IMG/VR virus record: IMGVR_UViG_3300046453_000026
Location: 700-64,699 of that record
Length of the DNA: 64,000 nucleotides
Origin: a virus
Lineage: Duplodnaviria > Caudoviricetes
Direction: 5' to 3' (one strand)
Part shown: in pieces, positions 39,412-48,149 of the stretch
Layout: every line of letters begins with the position of its first letter
How positions within the stretch are numbered: the first letter of the stretch is position 1
The notes under the pieces: model-generated
What the model saw: only the letters and a program-made list of their open reading frames with translations
What the model was told of the DNA's origin: nothing
Database searches by the model: none
Translations under genes and position numbers: made by a program

Positions 39412-41343
39412 TTAGTAGTTATCCCAGCTAATCACGATGTTCAGCGTGGTGCCTTCTTCGTCTTCGGAAGCCAGCGACTTCTTCAGCGGGGCAGGCTTGC
39501 CCTTCTGCTTGACCTTTTCCAGTTCCATGTCATGCTTGTGTTCCAGCTTCATCTTCTCCAGCTCTTTCTCGTGCTGATCGTCCGGGTCCGGCTTGTCGTC
39601 GCCCTTGGACTTATCAGCCCCATCCTTCGCCTTGTCGCCGTCTGCCTTGGCTGACTTCTCTTGCATCTTGGCAGCGTTATCGGCCTTCAGCTTCTCCATC
39701 TTAAGCTGGTGCTCCTGATCGGCCTGCTTCTGTTCCATGGTCTGCTCGTGCTGCTTATCCAGCACTTCGAGTTGCTTGCCGTGCCCGTCATCCTGCATCT
39801 CCAGCGCTTTACCGTGCTGGTCGTCTGCGGAGGCCTGCTCTGCTTCTGGATCGTCCGGGTCGGCATTCGGGTCTGTCTGCTGCCCCATCCCGCTCTCTGC
39901 CATGTACACCTGAATCAGCGTAGCGTTGGCCGGAGCATTTGCCCACTTCGGAAGCTCTCCGCCGTTCTGCTTTTTGATCTCGTCGATGTCCACGTCGTTC
40001 TCTGCCCACACCATGGCGACCGTCTTCACACCGGAGTTGATCTGCTTCTCTTGGCGCTCCATCTTCCGGTCCTCGTCGTCTTCGTCCAATCCCACCCAGT
40101 AGAAGGCGTACTGGTCGTCGATCTGATCGACAATCTCGGAATTGAAGGTATCGGAGAGGAAGTTCATCAGTGGAATGAGGCCCTTGTCCTTGGACTTATC
40201 CATCTTCTCTTCGGTGTTGTCAGACTGGCTCATGCCCCCGCTCTTGCTCGTCCAGCTCTTGAATCCTACCTCGTTCGGGTCGATCTGATAGACCGCGCAC
40301 GCGATGTTAAACAGGAACTCCAGAAACTCGTTAAACTGCATGTCTTGGTTGGACTGCTTCAGCGGTGTCCACTGGAACCCGGAGCCTTCCTTGGAGGCCA
40401 TGATAGGCACAGCCCACTTTCCGGCAGCACCGCTTGTGAGCTGCTTCCAGTGGCGCTTGAACCCTTCGAGCGTCTTGTCATCATAGCTACCGACGAAGGA
40501 CAGAACGCCCTGCGGCAGGTGGCTATGAGTGAAGTATGTCGTATTGTAGCGTACGCCGTTGACGATGCCGCTCACAATCTCCACCAATACCTCCAGCTCT
40601 GACATTCCGAAGTCCGTGGTCATGATGTCGGTGCGCGGGTTACGGATAGCGTAGGCCAACTCTTCCTCAGTGTACTCTGCCACAATCTGACCGCTAATAC
40701 GCTGCACGTAGGCAATGTCCCCGGCTATCTTCTTGCCCCGGTTAGTCATGGGGTCGTACACCACAGGCTCGAACGCATCCGATACAGGCGAGGTGCTAAC
40801 CAGCTCAATGGTCGAGCCGTCAAGCGCCCACATCTCCGCCAGATTTCCTCCAATGGTGGGCACGGTCTCAATGGTCACCACGTCGAGGGTCAGCGTGTCG
40901 TCCACGATCTTCCGAAGGAAGGTGTTAAAGTTGTCCTTGCGCTTGCGGTTCTTGGCGTAGCCTGTCTTCAGGAAGAACTCTTCAATCTCGTGGGCCTTCT
41001 TGGCCTGCGCCTCCGTCATCTTCTCTCTGGAGTCCTTCAGGCCGATCTTGAATCCGATGTCTCCGTCGAACCGTGGACGCCGTGCATGTCGGCTGACTTG
41101 GTTCTTCCGGGTCAGCAGGATTGCCGCAATCGCCGGGACCTTTGCCATCGCCCGCAGGGTTCCGAATGGTATGATTGACTGCTTCGACCGTGTACCACCT
41201 ACACCGTAGCTGTTGGCTGGGTCGATGATGGCTGACTTTGGCTGTGCAGCTTGGCGCTCCTGCTCTTCCTTCTCTGCGGAGAGTGCCTTGTGAAGCTGCT
41301 GGCCGTATGGTGCTTTCTCCCACATCTCTAAAATGTTATCCAC
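39412..41343 (-). CDS. Portal protein with long charged C-terminal extension
   Basis: FLRKIVDDTLTLD, IRNPRTD..GMSELE and DMQF.EFL...ACAVYQIDP.EVGF motifs. GTG start with AAGGAGG RBS. Confidence 0.9.
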   Translation of the reverse strand: MDNILEMWEKAPYGQQLHKALSAEKEEQERQAAQPKSAIIDPANSYGVGGTRSKQSIIPFGTLRAMAKVPAIAAILLTRKNQVSRHARRPRFDGDIGFKIGLKDSREKMTEAQAKKAHEIEEFFLKTGYAKNRKRKDNFNTFLRKIVDDTLTLDVVTIETVPTIGGNLAEMWALDGSTIELVSTSPVSDAFEPVVYDPMTNRGKKIAGDIAYVQRISGQIVAEYTEEELAYAIRNPRTDIMTTDFGMSELEVLVEIVSGIVNGVRYNTTYFTHSHLPQGVLSFVGSYDDKTLEGFKRHWKQLTSGAAGKWAVPIMASKEGSGFQWTPLKQSNQDMQFNEFLEFLFNIACAVYQIDPNEVGFKSWTSKSGGMSQSDNTEEKMDKSKDKGLIPLMNFLSDTFNSEIVDQIDDQYAFYWVGLDEDDEDRKMERQEKQINSGVKTVAMVWAENDVDIDEIKKQNGGELPKWANAPANATLIQVYMAESGMGQQTDPNADPDDPEAEQASADDQHGKALEMQDDGHGKQLEVLDKQHEQTMEQKQADQEHQLKMEKLKADNAAKMQEKSAKADGDKAKDGADKSKGDDKPDPDDQHEKELEKMKLEHKHDMELEKVKQKGKPAPLKKSLASEDEEGTTLNIVISWDNY

Positions 41344-41380
41344 TGTCCTGTCCTCCTTTTCTCCCCGTATCAACAAAACA

Positions 41381-41414
41381 AGGGCTTCGGAAGCCCGTAG
41401 ACTCCGAAGCCCCT
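41381..41414 (-). terminator. Stem-loop built from the CTTCGGAAG motif upstream of the portal
   Basis: GGGCTTCGGA...TCCGAAGCCC inverted repeat followed by TTGTTTT on the minus strand. Confidence 0.55.
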
Positions 41415-41424
41415 GCTTCAGTGC

Positions 41425-41637
41425 TTAGTGATTTGCCCGACCGTGGATGTGTCCACAACTTGGGCAATGCTTTTCACCAGTCACGGAAGGCGCACGCTTC
41501 GTGCTAGTAATGCCTCTCGGCACCGCCAGCACTCCACAGGCTGCGCATTTCACCTTGGATGGAGACGTGTCTTCCGACTTGTCTGTCATCAGGCGAGTGG
41601 TTCCGTACTGATTACCGCCCTTGCTCGCTTGCGTCAT
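41425..41637 (-). CDS. Small Zn-ribbon protein
   Basis: CAACG...CPSCGH. Confidence 0.55.
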   Translation of the reverse strand: MTQASKGGNQYGTTRLMTDKSEDTSPSKVKCAACGVLAVPRGITSTKRAPSVTGEKHCPSCGHIHGRANH

Positions 41638-41684
41638 ATGAGCACCCCTTTCCGCTTATCGCGCCACTATCATACCAGCAACGG

Positions 41685-42215
41685 TCACACTTCGGAAGTG
41701 TTTTGTTTATGGGCTAAATTCCTTGCCATCACCTTACCACTACATACGCATTTATCAGTGCGGTGCTTGCAGTAGTGAGAGGAGTTACACTCCGCCGCCC
41801 AGTAGGCATCGGACTCTGCTACTTCGGAGAAGCCCATCTTAGCCATGATCATGTCGGAGGTCACTTCTCCCGGATACTCTAACGGGTGAACCCAGCATTC
41901 CACGAACACGGTCTCACCTACTAATCCCTCCAGTGTCAGTGCAGCGAGCCTGCTGCCTATGCCTCTACCTCGGAAGGCAGGGTGCAGGGCTATCACCTTC
42001 CAGTCTACGAGACCACTCCCGGCACGCACTGCGATGGAAACACCGACGACTTCAGAACCATCGCCAACTACCCACGCCTGCACCGCTCTGCTAAGCATGC
42101 GCTCTGTGTCTTCCAGCGTGTGCGGGTAGCTAAAGTAAATGTGAGCCTTCAGCAGGGCGTTGATCCCCGCAACGTGGGATGCCGTGGCTGCACTAATGTA
42201 CTCCATCGGAGGCAT
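41685..42215 (-). CDS. GNAT acetyltransferase with C-terminal Cys cluster
   Basis: ALHPAFRGRGIGSRL acetyl-CoA-binding motif. Confidence 0.75.
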   Translation of the reverse strand: MPPMEYISAATASHVAGINALLKAHIYFSYPHTLEDTERMLSRAVQAWVVGDGSEVVGVSIAVRAGSGLVDWKVIALHPAFRGRGIGSRLAALTLEGLVGETVFVECWVHPLEYPGEVTSDMIMAKMGFSEVAESDAYWAAECNSSHYCKHRTDKCVCSGKVMARNLAHKQNTSEV

Positions 42216-42600
42216 CTTCTTTCAGCACGTCCTCGGTATCGAACTTCGGAACCTTGTGAATTACGGCCTCCGCTTTCAGGAAGTAACACCACAGCGGCTG
42301 CACGGTCTCATACTCCGTAACGAAAGGCCTGCCGTAGTGGTGGGCGTTTACAGGTATGCGCAGGATACCATCCTGCCGGAAGCGAGCCATCATGGTGGCG
42401 ACGTTGGCAGCGCCCCACACGCCTCGGATGTTCTCTGGATTAAACGTCTCAAACTCCTTCATGCCATACACCACGAAGTATTGATCGTCGAAGAAGTCGG
42501 CCGGAGCAGTCACCATCTCGAAAGTCTCCACAGCCTTGCGGTTGTACTGGGCAATCTTCAGAAGGCCATCGCCTCCACCCGGAACGATGTGGTCGCTCAT
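42193..42600 (-). CDS. Hypothetical protein
   Basis: Coupled ORF. Confidence 0.5.
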   Translation of the reverse strand: MSDHIVPGGGDGLLKIAQYNRKAVETFEMVTAPADFFDDQYFVVYGMKEFETFNPENIRGVWGAANVATMMARFRQDGILRIPVNAHHYGRPFVTEYETVQPLWCYFLKAEAVIHKVPKFDTEDVLKEDASDGVH

Positions 42601-42983
42601 ACGTCCACCTGCTCCCCGTTCAGGAACTTTTCAAGTTGTCCGCATGTCCATGCTGCTCCGTTGTTTAACCCCTGCACTGCTAAGCGTCGGAAAGACGTAG
42701 GGTCATAAATACGTGGCGCATGCGTTGTCCGCTTCGTTCCGATAGCCTTTTCTTCGGCGTCCAGCTCCGGGCAAGAAACGGTCATCGTGTGGTCTGTGCG
42801 GTTATCCCTTCCGAATCCCTCCATAAGTGACAGCTCAGATACTGCACGGTCAAACATCCGGCGCACCCGCCCTACGTACTGGCTAACAGTCTCAGTTGCC
42901 TCGTCCTGCTGCCAGTCCTCAAATATGTGGGTTACTGCATCTCCGCCGTTCTCACTAATGTCCGTAATGGTGATCTTTGTCAT
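42597..42983 (-). CDS. Hypothetical protein
   Basis: AAAGGAG RBS. Confidence 0.5.
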   Translation of the reverse strand: MTKITITDISENGGDAVTHIFEDWQQDEATETVSQYVGRVRRMFDRAVSELSLMEGFGRDNRTDHTMTVSCPELDAEEKAIGTKRTTHAPRIYDPTSFRRLAVQGLNNGAAWTCGQLEKFLNGEQVDV

Positions 42984-43006
42984 GCTTACCAGCTCCTTTT
43001 ATTTGG

Positions 43007-43744
43007 TTAGTGCAGTTCAGTCAGCGTGTCCTTGATCTTATCCGCCCACTGGGACACCTTGCCCCGGTAGTTGTTCGGAAGGTCGACGGTAGCTGTGAAT
43101 CCCTTCTTCAGCATGTGGCGGTGGTAGACTTGGAAAGCATTCAGCCGATCGCTACCGTAGCGCTCCACCTTGCCGTCTACCTGATCGCTGTGCCCAATGA
43201 TCACTCCACGGCTACGGTCGTCATGGAGGCGGGTGAGCACGAGCTGAAGGTCAGTCACGCCCCGTGCGTTCTGGGCCTCGTCGATGATCAGAAACGCCCG
43301 CTTGTTGCGCCCACGCATATAGGTGTCGGTGACTGTCTCAATCATGCCCTTGGTGCGTAGCATCTCGACCGCTTCGTCCTGTAGGCCACACTCGGCCAGT
43401 GCTTCGTAGAACGGGGCCATTAGAGGCCGTACCTTGTCGTTGGGATCACCCGGCAGGAAGCCAAGGTTACCATTACGGGAGTCCGGGAACCGCAGGTAGG
43501 TGAGCTGATCAACCTCGCCGCGCCGCAGCATCTCAATGCCTACCATGACCGCGATAGTGGTCTTCCCTGTGCCTGCGGGTGCATCCACGAAGGTTACGGT
43601 ATGACTACAGATAGCCTCCGCATATGCCCGTTGGTGCTCGTCCAATCTCTTCCGAAGCTTGTCGGTATGCCCGGCGTACATCAGGGCGGACATGGTGCGG
43701 TCTTCCTTCGTGGTTTCAACTACGTGGAACTTGGGCTTCGACAT
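43007..43744 (-). CDS. phoH: PhoH-family ATPase
   Basis: APAGTGKT, LGFLPGD, YMRGR, IIDEAQN, LTRL and GHSDQVD motifs. Start moved to ATG 43744. Confidence 0.9.
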   Translation of the reverse strand: MSKPKFHVVETTKEDRTMSALMYAGHTDKLRKRLDEHQRAYAEAICSHTVTFVDAPAGTGKTTIAVMVGIEMLRRGEVDQLTYLRFPDSRNGNLGFLPGDPNDKVRPLMAPFYEALAECGLQDEAVEMLRTKGMIETVTDTYMRGRNKRAFLIIDEAQNARGVTDLQLVLTRLHDDRSRGVIIGHSDQVDGKVERYGSDRLNAFQVYHRHMLKKGFTATVDLPNNYRGKVSQWADKIKDTLTELH

Positions 43745-43761
43745 ATGAACCCTCCCGTTGG

Positions 43762-44103
43762 TTATACTTCTTCCCCTTGCTCCGCTCTCAGGGCCTTGTC
43801 CACCGAATCCCGCAACGCTATGAGCTGTGCAGTGCTCAGCAGCTCCAGCGGAGCGGTATGTGGGATAACCAGTAGCCCCAAGTGCGTACCCGCCTGCTTG
43901 TTCATTTCCTGCCATGCCCCTCGAAGGTTGTCCAGCTCCTGCATGGTCATCGCTTGGTTGATGACGTACATACCTTGGCGGGCTAGAACCTGCGGCTGGA
44001 TAGTGAGGGTGGTACTTACCAGCTGCTCCGGCTGCGTAACGGTCGTGACGCTAATCGGCGGCAGGTGATGCGTGCTGTCTCCCCATTCTACTTCCTTGCC
44101 CAT
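43762..44103 (-). CDS. Hypothetical protein
   Basis: AAGGAG RBS before ATG 44103. Confidence 0.5.
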   Translation of the reverse strand: MGKEVEWGDSTHHLPPISVTTVTQPEQLVSTTLTIQPQVLARQGMYVINQAMTMQELDNLRGAWQEMNKQAGTHLGLLVIPHTAPLELLSTAQLIALRDSVDKALRAEQGEEV

Positions 44104-44188
44104 ATTTACCAGCTCCTTTGCCTTTATGCCCGCATCATACAACGAAGCCCGCCTTCTGGGAATCCCCAATTGGCGAGCTTCGGAAGTT

Positions 44189-44392
44189 CTACCGTTTGAG
44201 TCTTCGGCGCTTACGCCGCCGACGCCATTCACCGATCACGTTTGTTAGCAGCAAGGGCCACGCTATTACTGCGATAGGGATAACCCTCCACCCTAGCGGG
44301 AACGTGTCCCCTGAAGCGATCGCCCTTAATCCCCATAGCGCACCGATGGATACCCACACTACTACTGCCCACGCTATCCAAAACCCTGCCAT
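44189..44392 (-). CDS. Small two-TM membrane protein with basic tail
   Basis: Two hydrophobic segments followed by RRRRKRRRLKR. Confidence 0.55.
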   Translation of the reverse strand: MAGFWIAWAVVVWVSIGALWGLRAIASGDTFPLGWRVIPIAVIAWPLLLTNVIGEWRRRRKRRRLKR

Positions 44393-44405
44393 GCCTTCCA
44401 GCTCC

Positions 44406-46226
44406 TTAGTAAAAGAATTCTGACCCGCCGTCGTCGATTACCTTCCGAAGGGCAATAGTCAGGTAGTTCATTGCATGCCCAAAGTGGTCACCACCCGGCA
44501 GGGTGCCTACCCGCTGCTTGATGACTTCCTTCTTCGTCTTCTCGTCGGTCTCGATGTCCCGGACGAGCACGAGATTGGTAACGTGTAGGATGAAGGTCTC
44601 AAAGAGGGGGTTCTGTGCTACCCACGCCGGGATGACGAATCGACCGTCCCGGAACATCTTCGCCATAATCATCAGGGTCATGGTGCGGTCTACGCTTACC
44701 TTGGCGTCATCCTCGTTCCATACGTCCTCTATCGTCTTGGTGGCATCGGTTGACAGCGATGGGTAGAAGCAGCTGAACACCTTCCCGGGGAAGTCCTGCA
44801 TCAGCTCCCAGTTACGGTCCTTACCATAACCAGCATCGAACACCCCACGACGGGCGTCCCACTGCCGCAGCTTCTCGCCTGTCTTGCGGATGTGGGGGTT
44901 ATCCTTGCGGCCGTCATGCTGCTCTGCCTCGTCCTCCTTGATGTCCCAAATGTCGAGGATGATGATCTTGTCCGGGTTGTCCGGGTGACGCATACCGTTA
45001 GCTCCCCACGAGCGGTTACCCCAGTCGACGCCTTGGGCGACGTTGTCTCTTCGGAAGTCGTAGGGGCTTGTCATGCTATTGTCGATACACCGCATGATGT
45101 CTCCCCGGCTGACCATGACGTTGTCCCCCAGATAAGGTCGACCGATGACGTAGTTCTCGAATAGCTGGTCGAGGGCATAGTCTTCCTTCTTCTTCATGAG
45201 CTGGGTAGCGCTTATCCACGGGCATATAAGCTGACTGATCTGATAGCCCCGGACATCCTTCCGGTAGTCATACAACGGGCGCCAGAATCCACGGACCCGG
45301 GTCTCGTCACTTACAAACTGGTGACACTTAGGGCATACATAGGCGAAGGTGTCAGTCTCCCGGATGAAGCTGTTCGACAGGTGCAGGCCGTGGTTAGCGT
45401 TACCGTAGCTGTCGCGCTTCAGGTCGACCACGCACTTCGGAAAGTCGTGGATAAGGGTCATCCAGTGATTACAGTGAGGGCACTTCATGAACCAGTGCTG
45501 TTCATCGCTCTTGCTGAAGCTTGCGTTCACGCCTACACCCGGCAGCGATGGCGTGGAGATATCCCGCCGCCAGCCGTAGGCCGACGAAGACAGAGTTTCG
45601 TTAAACGCTATCATGACGTTAGGGTGCATGCGGTCGATCTCGTCAAACCGCACCACGTCAACGTCGATACCTTCCCCTGCTCGTGCGGTGTGGCCGGAGC
45701 GGAAGAATATCCAATGGTCTGCTCCCATCTTCCGAAGCCGGACATTGTCGACCGGGTCTTCCCCGGGCTTCTTCTTGCCTGTCACTGCATCGTACCCCAT
45801 GCGGTCCCGCACATACGGGCTGTCCTTCATAACCGCATCGACACGAGTCTTCGAGAAGTCCGCTACTTGGTCGAAGGTTGGGAAGACATACGCCTGCTTG
45901 GTATAGGGGTGTGTGTCCCCGAACCATAGCAATTCCCGTACCTCGTTCTCGCTGGCTCCACACTGCCGGGACTTCTGCATGGCCTTATGTGGGTGCTGGT
46001 CGTCGAGCGGTTGCTGTAGGAACTGACGCTGCCCACGTAGGCCGATACGCCAATCATCGGATGGTATCTCTATCGCCTTCCGAAGGTCGAGCGAGCCATC
46101 CTCCCGGAGCTGTTCGAAGCGATAAGGCTTACCCCGGAGCTGGGTATGGTACTGAGACCATATGCTGGGACGCTTGTTGATCTGATACTGAAGGAGCTGG
46201 TCCTGTGTCAGTCCGTCGACAGCCAT
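44406..46226 (-). CDS. terL: Terminase large subunit
   Basis: KSRQCGASE Walker A, FDEIDRM Walker B, ISTPS motif, GVDWG nuclease and DHFGHA. Confidence 0.92.
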   Translation of the reverse strand: MAVDGLTQDQLLQYQINKRPSIWSQYHTQLRGKPYRFEQLREDGSLDLRKAIEIPSDDWRIGLRGQRQFLQQPLDDQHPHKAMQKSRQCGASENEVRELLWFGDTHPYTKQAYVFPTFDQVADFSKTRVDAVMKDSPYVRDRMGYDAVTGKKKPGEDPVDNVRLRKMGADHWIFFRSGHTARAGEGIDVDVVRFDEIDRMHPNVMIAFNETLSSSAYGWRRDISTPSLPGVGVNASFSKSDEQHWFMKCPHCNHWMTLIHDFPKCVVDLKRDSYGNANHGLHLSNSFIRETDTFAYVCPKCHQFVSDETRVRGFWRPLYDYRKDVRGYQISQLICPWISATQLMKKKEDYALDQLFENYVIGRPYLGDNVMVSRGDIMRCIDNSMTSPYDFRRDNVAQGVDWGNRSWGANGMRHPDNPDKIIILDIWDIKEDEAEQHDGRKDNPHIRKTGEKLRQWDARRGVFDAGYGKDRNWELMQDFPGKVFSCFYPSLSTDATKTIEDVWNEDDAKVSVDRTMTLMIMAKMFRDGRFVIPAWVAQNPLFETFILHVTNLVLVRDIETDEKTKKEVIKQRVGTLPGGDHFGHAMNYLTIALRKVIDDGGSEFFY

Positions 46227-46729
46227 GGCTTACACTCCCCTTCTGGAAGCTGGTAGACCGTCACTACTTGACGCCGCCACATAGCCCCATGTATGTCCCT
46301 GATGTACTTTTCTAAGCTCCCCGCCTCCGCCTCGGTCATCTCACGAGGCTCACATAAACCATCCGGCATCTTCACGCTACTGAATGGGCTTACTTCCTCG
46401 TAGGGGCGCAGCGCTTCCTCGTAGGGGCGCAGCGCTTCCTCGTAGGGGTTAGCTGCTCCGTTGTATGTGATCGTAGATAGTACCTGCTTCGGTAGCAGCG
46501 CCTCCTGTACTACACGGTCAGGCTCTGGCACCCTACTCCCATAGGGTATGCGTGATATCACTCTGTCTTCCCACCCCGGGAACAGCGCCTCCGATCTGCC
46601 TACTGCGCTGCTCTTAATGATCGTTACCTCTTGCACCGGACGCGGTATATTGCTACCGCCTGTCGGTGGCTTGCCTATTGGCCCTCTGTGTTCCGTCGGT
46701 TGCATAATTATTCCCCTCCCCATCATCAC
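46208..46729 (-). CDS. Hypothetical protein with PYEEALR tandem repeat
   Basis: Coupled to terL. Confidence 0.5.
   Translation of the reverse strand: MMMGRGIIMQPTEHRGPIGKPPTGGSNIPRPVQEVTIIKSSAVGRSEALFPGWEDRVISRIPYGSRVPEPDRVVQEALLPKQVLSTITYNGAANPYEEALRPYEEALRPYEEVSPFSSVKMPDGLCEPREMTEAEAGSLEKYIRDIHGAMWRRQVVTVYQLPEGECKPWLSTD
46393..46448. repeat. 21-bp perfect tandem repeat (about 2.7 copies)
   Basis: Unit CTTCCTCGTAGGGGCGCAGCG. Confidence 0.9.
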
Positions 46730-46771
46730 AAAAAGCTTCGGAAGCCTAGAGCGGCACCGAAGCTCGTATAT

Positions 46772-47032
46772 TTACACCAGCGCTGACCGCTGTATCAGGC
46801 TGGGCTTAATCTTATCCCATTCCCGCTGCATGTCCTGCTCGCTCAGCAGGTCCAGCACCATAACGATGGCGTACCCTGCATGCAGCTTCTTACAGGCATC
46901 CACCTCTGTATACGCCTTGGACACAAGCACTACCTGCGTACCATCATGACGCACACACTTGCCGAAGAACTTCGTCGGCTTCTGCTTGACCACCTTCGGA
47001 AGTACACTTACCCCATTGTTTCCCACGCTCAA
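46772..47032 (-). CDS. Hypothetical protein
   Basis: ORF between terS and terL. Confidence 0.5.
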   Translation of the reverse strand: MSVGNNGVSVLPKVVKQKPTKFFGKCVRHDGTQVVLVSKAYTEVDACKKLHAGYAIVMVLDLLSEQDMQREWDKIKPSLIQRSALV

Positions 47033-47072
47033 CCGCCTACCCCTCTCGATTTTGCAGGTATGTCAGGTACCC

Positions 47073-47852
47073 CTACCCGACATCCTTAGTCCCCGTCAGG
47101 TTACGAATGATATCGTTCCCCATGGCGTCGAATTCGGCCTCCAGTGCCTTGCGCTCTTCCTCCGTCTTGGACTTCAGAAGCTCGGACACATCTAAGCTTG
47201 CCGTAGTTACAGTACCGCTAAGGTTCGTGTTCTGCTCGACATGCTGCTGCTCGACGAACTCGCCTTTCTCTTGGGCGAGCTGCTTCATCCCGGCCAGTAC
47301 TCCTGTAATCAGGGAGCCGATAGACTTGTCAGTGATTGGTATCAGATCAGCGTTATCCACGATCTTCTCGAAGAGCTTACGAGTCAAGCGGGACAGCCCT
47401 GCAATACGCTCGCGCTGGCTGGCGAAGCCAGTCTCTAACACGAGGGCGTCTATGTGCTCCCGGAACTCCGGGTGCTGAAGCCAAGCGTAGATAATGTGCC
47501 TGCTGGCAATGCCTACGTCCGGGTCCTCTACTACCTGTGACACGGGAAAGCCCAGTGCGATAAGCTCTGCCGCCTTCATCCGGCGCTCATTCCACGTCCA
47601 CACCTTCGGAATGTTAGGAGCGTAGCTGGCTGGCACGGTGATCTTGTACTTCTTCCCCTTGGAGCTGGCAACCTCCAGTGTGATGTACTCCTGCGCTTTC
47701 CGGTGCAAGAACTCCGGCGTCGCCACTTCGGGTAATTCCTCCGTCGGTGGCGGCTCAGGTAATGCGGTTGTTCGTGCGAATTTTAGGTTCTCTGTGCCGG
47801 GCACCTGTACTGGCTTGACGGCCTTCTTGATCTGGCTCGTGATGCGGGTCAT
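47073..47852 (-). CDS. Probable terminase small subunit (HTH)
   Basis: WNERRMKAAELIA.G..V......GIASRHIIYAWLQHPEF HTH; first gene of the packaging operon. Confidence 0.6.
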   Translation of the reverse strand: MTRITSQIKKAVKPVQVPGTENLKFARTTALPEPPPTEELPEVATPEFLHRKAQEYITLEVASSKGKKYKITVPASYAPNIPKVWTWNERRMKAAELIALGFPVSQVVEDPDVGIASRHIIYAWLQHPEFREHIDALVLETGFASQRERIAGLSRLTRKLFEKIVDNADLIPITDKSIGSLITGVLAGMKQLAQEKGEFVEQQHVEQNTNLSGTVTTASLDVSELLKSKTEEERKALEAEFDAMGNDIIRNLTGTKDVG

Positions 47853-47926
47853 GCGCTCACCTCTTTTCGGCCTCTATAGGGCCAACTTGTGCATGGTTGT
47901 CCATTGTTGTCTATACTTGTAACTAC

Positions 47927-47988
47927 AGTATAGCTTAGTCCCACTAGATTCGACAAGAAATATCTTCATATTTCGACAACATTCGGCA
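47927..47988 (-). promoter_or_regulatory. Promoter with three Spo0A-box-like sites
   Basis: On the minus strand: TGCCGAA-3 bp-TGTCGAA, a third TGTCGAA at the -35 position, and -10 TATACT. Confidence 0.55.
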
Positions 47989-48149
47989 AGCCATGCAGCA
48001 CTAAGTCTCTCCAGCCACTTCCGAAGACCTCTCCGACGTATAGCGCTCAGATGCCTCACCCTATCTACGTTCCTGCACAACTTTGCACATATTTACTTCC
48101 GAAGCTCAGCTACCAATCCGCCACGACTCCGCTGAGGCTCCACCGCTCT

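Noticed and set aside
44406-46226. Intein or intron in the terminase or SNF2 genes
   Set aside because: The ORFs are continuous and I saw no intein splice-junction or homing-endonuclease motifs.
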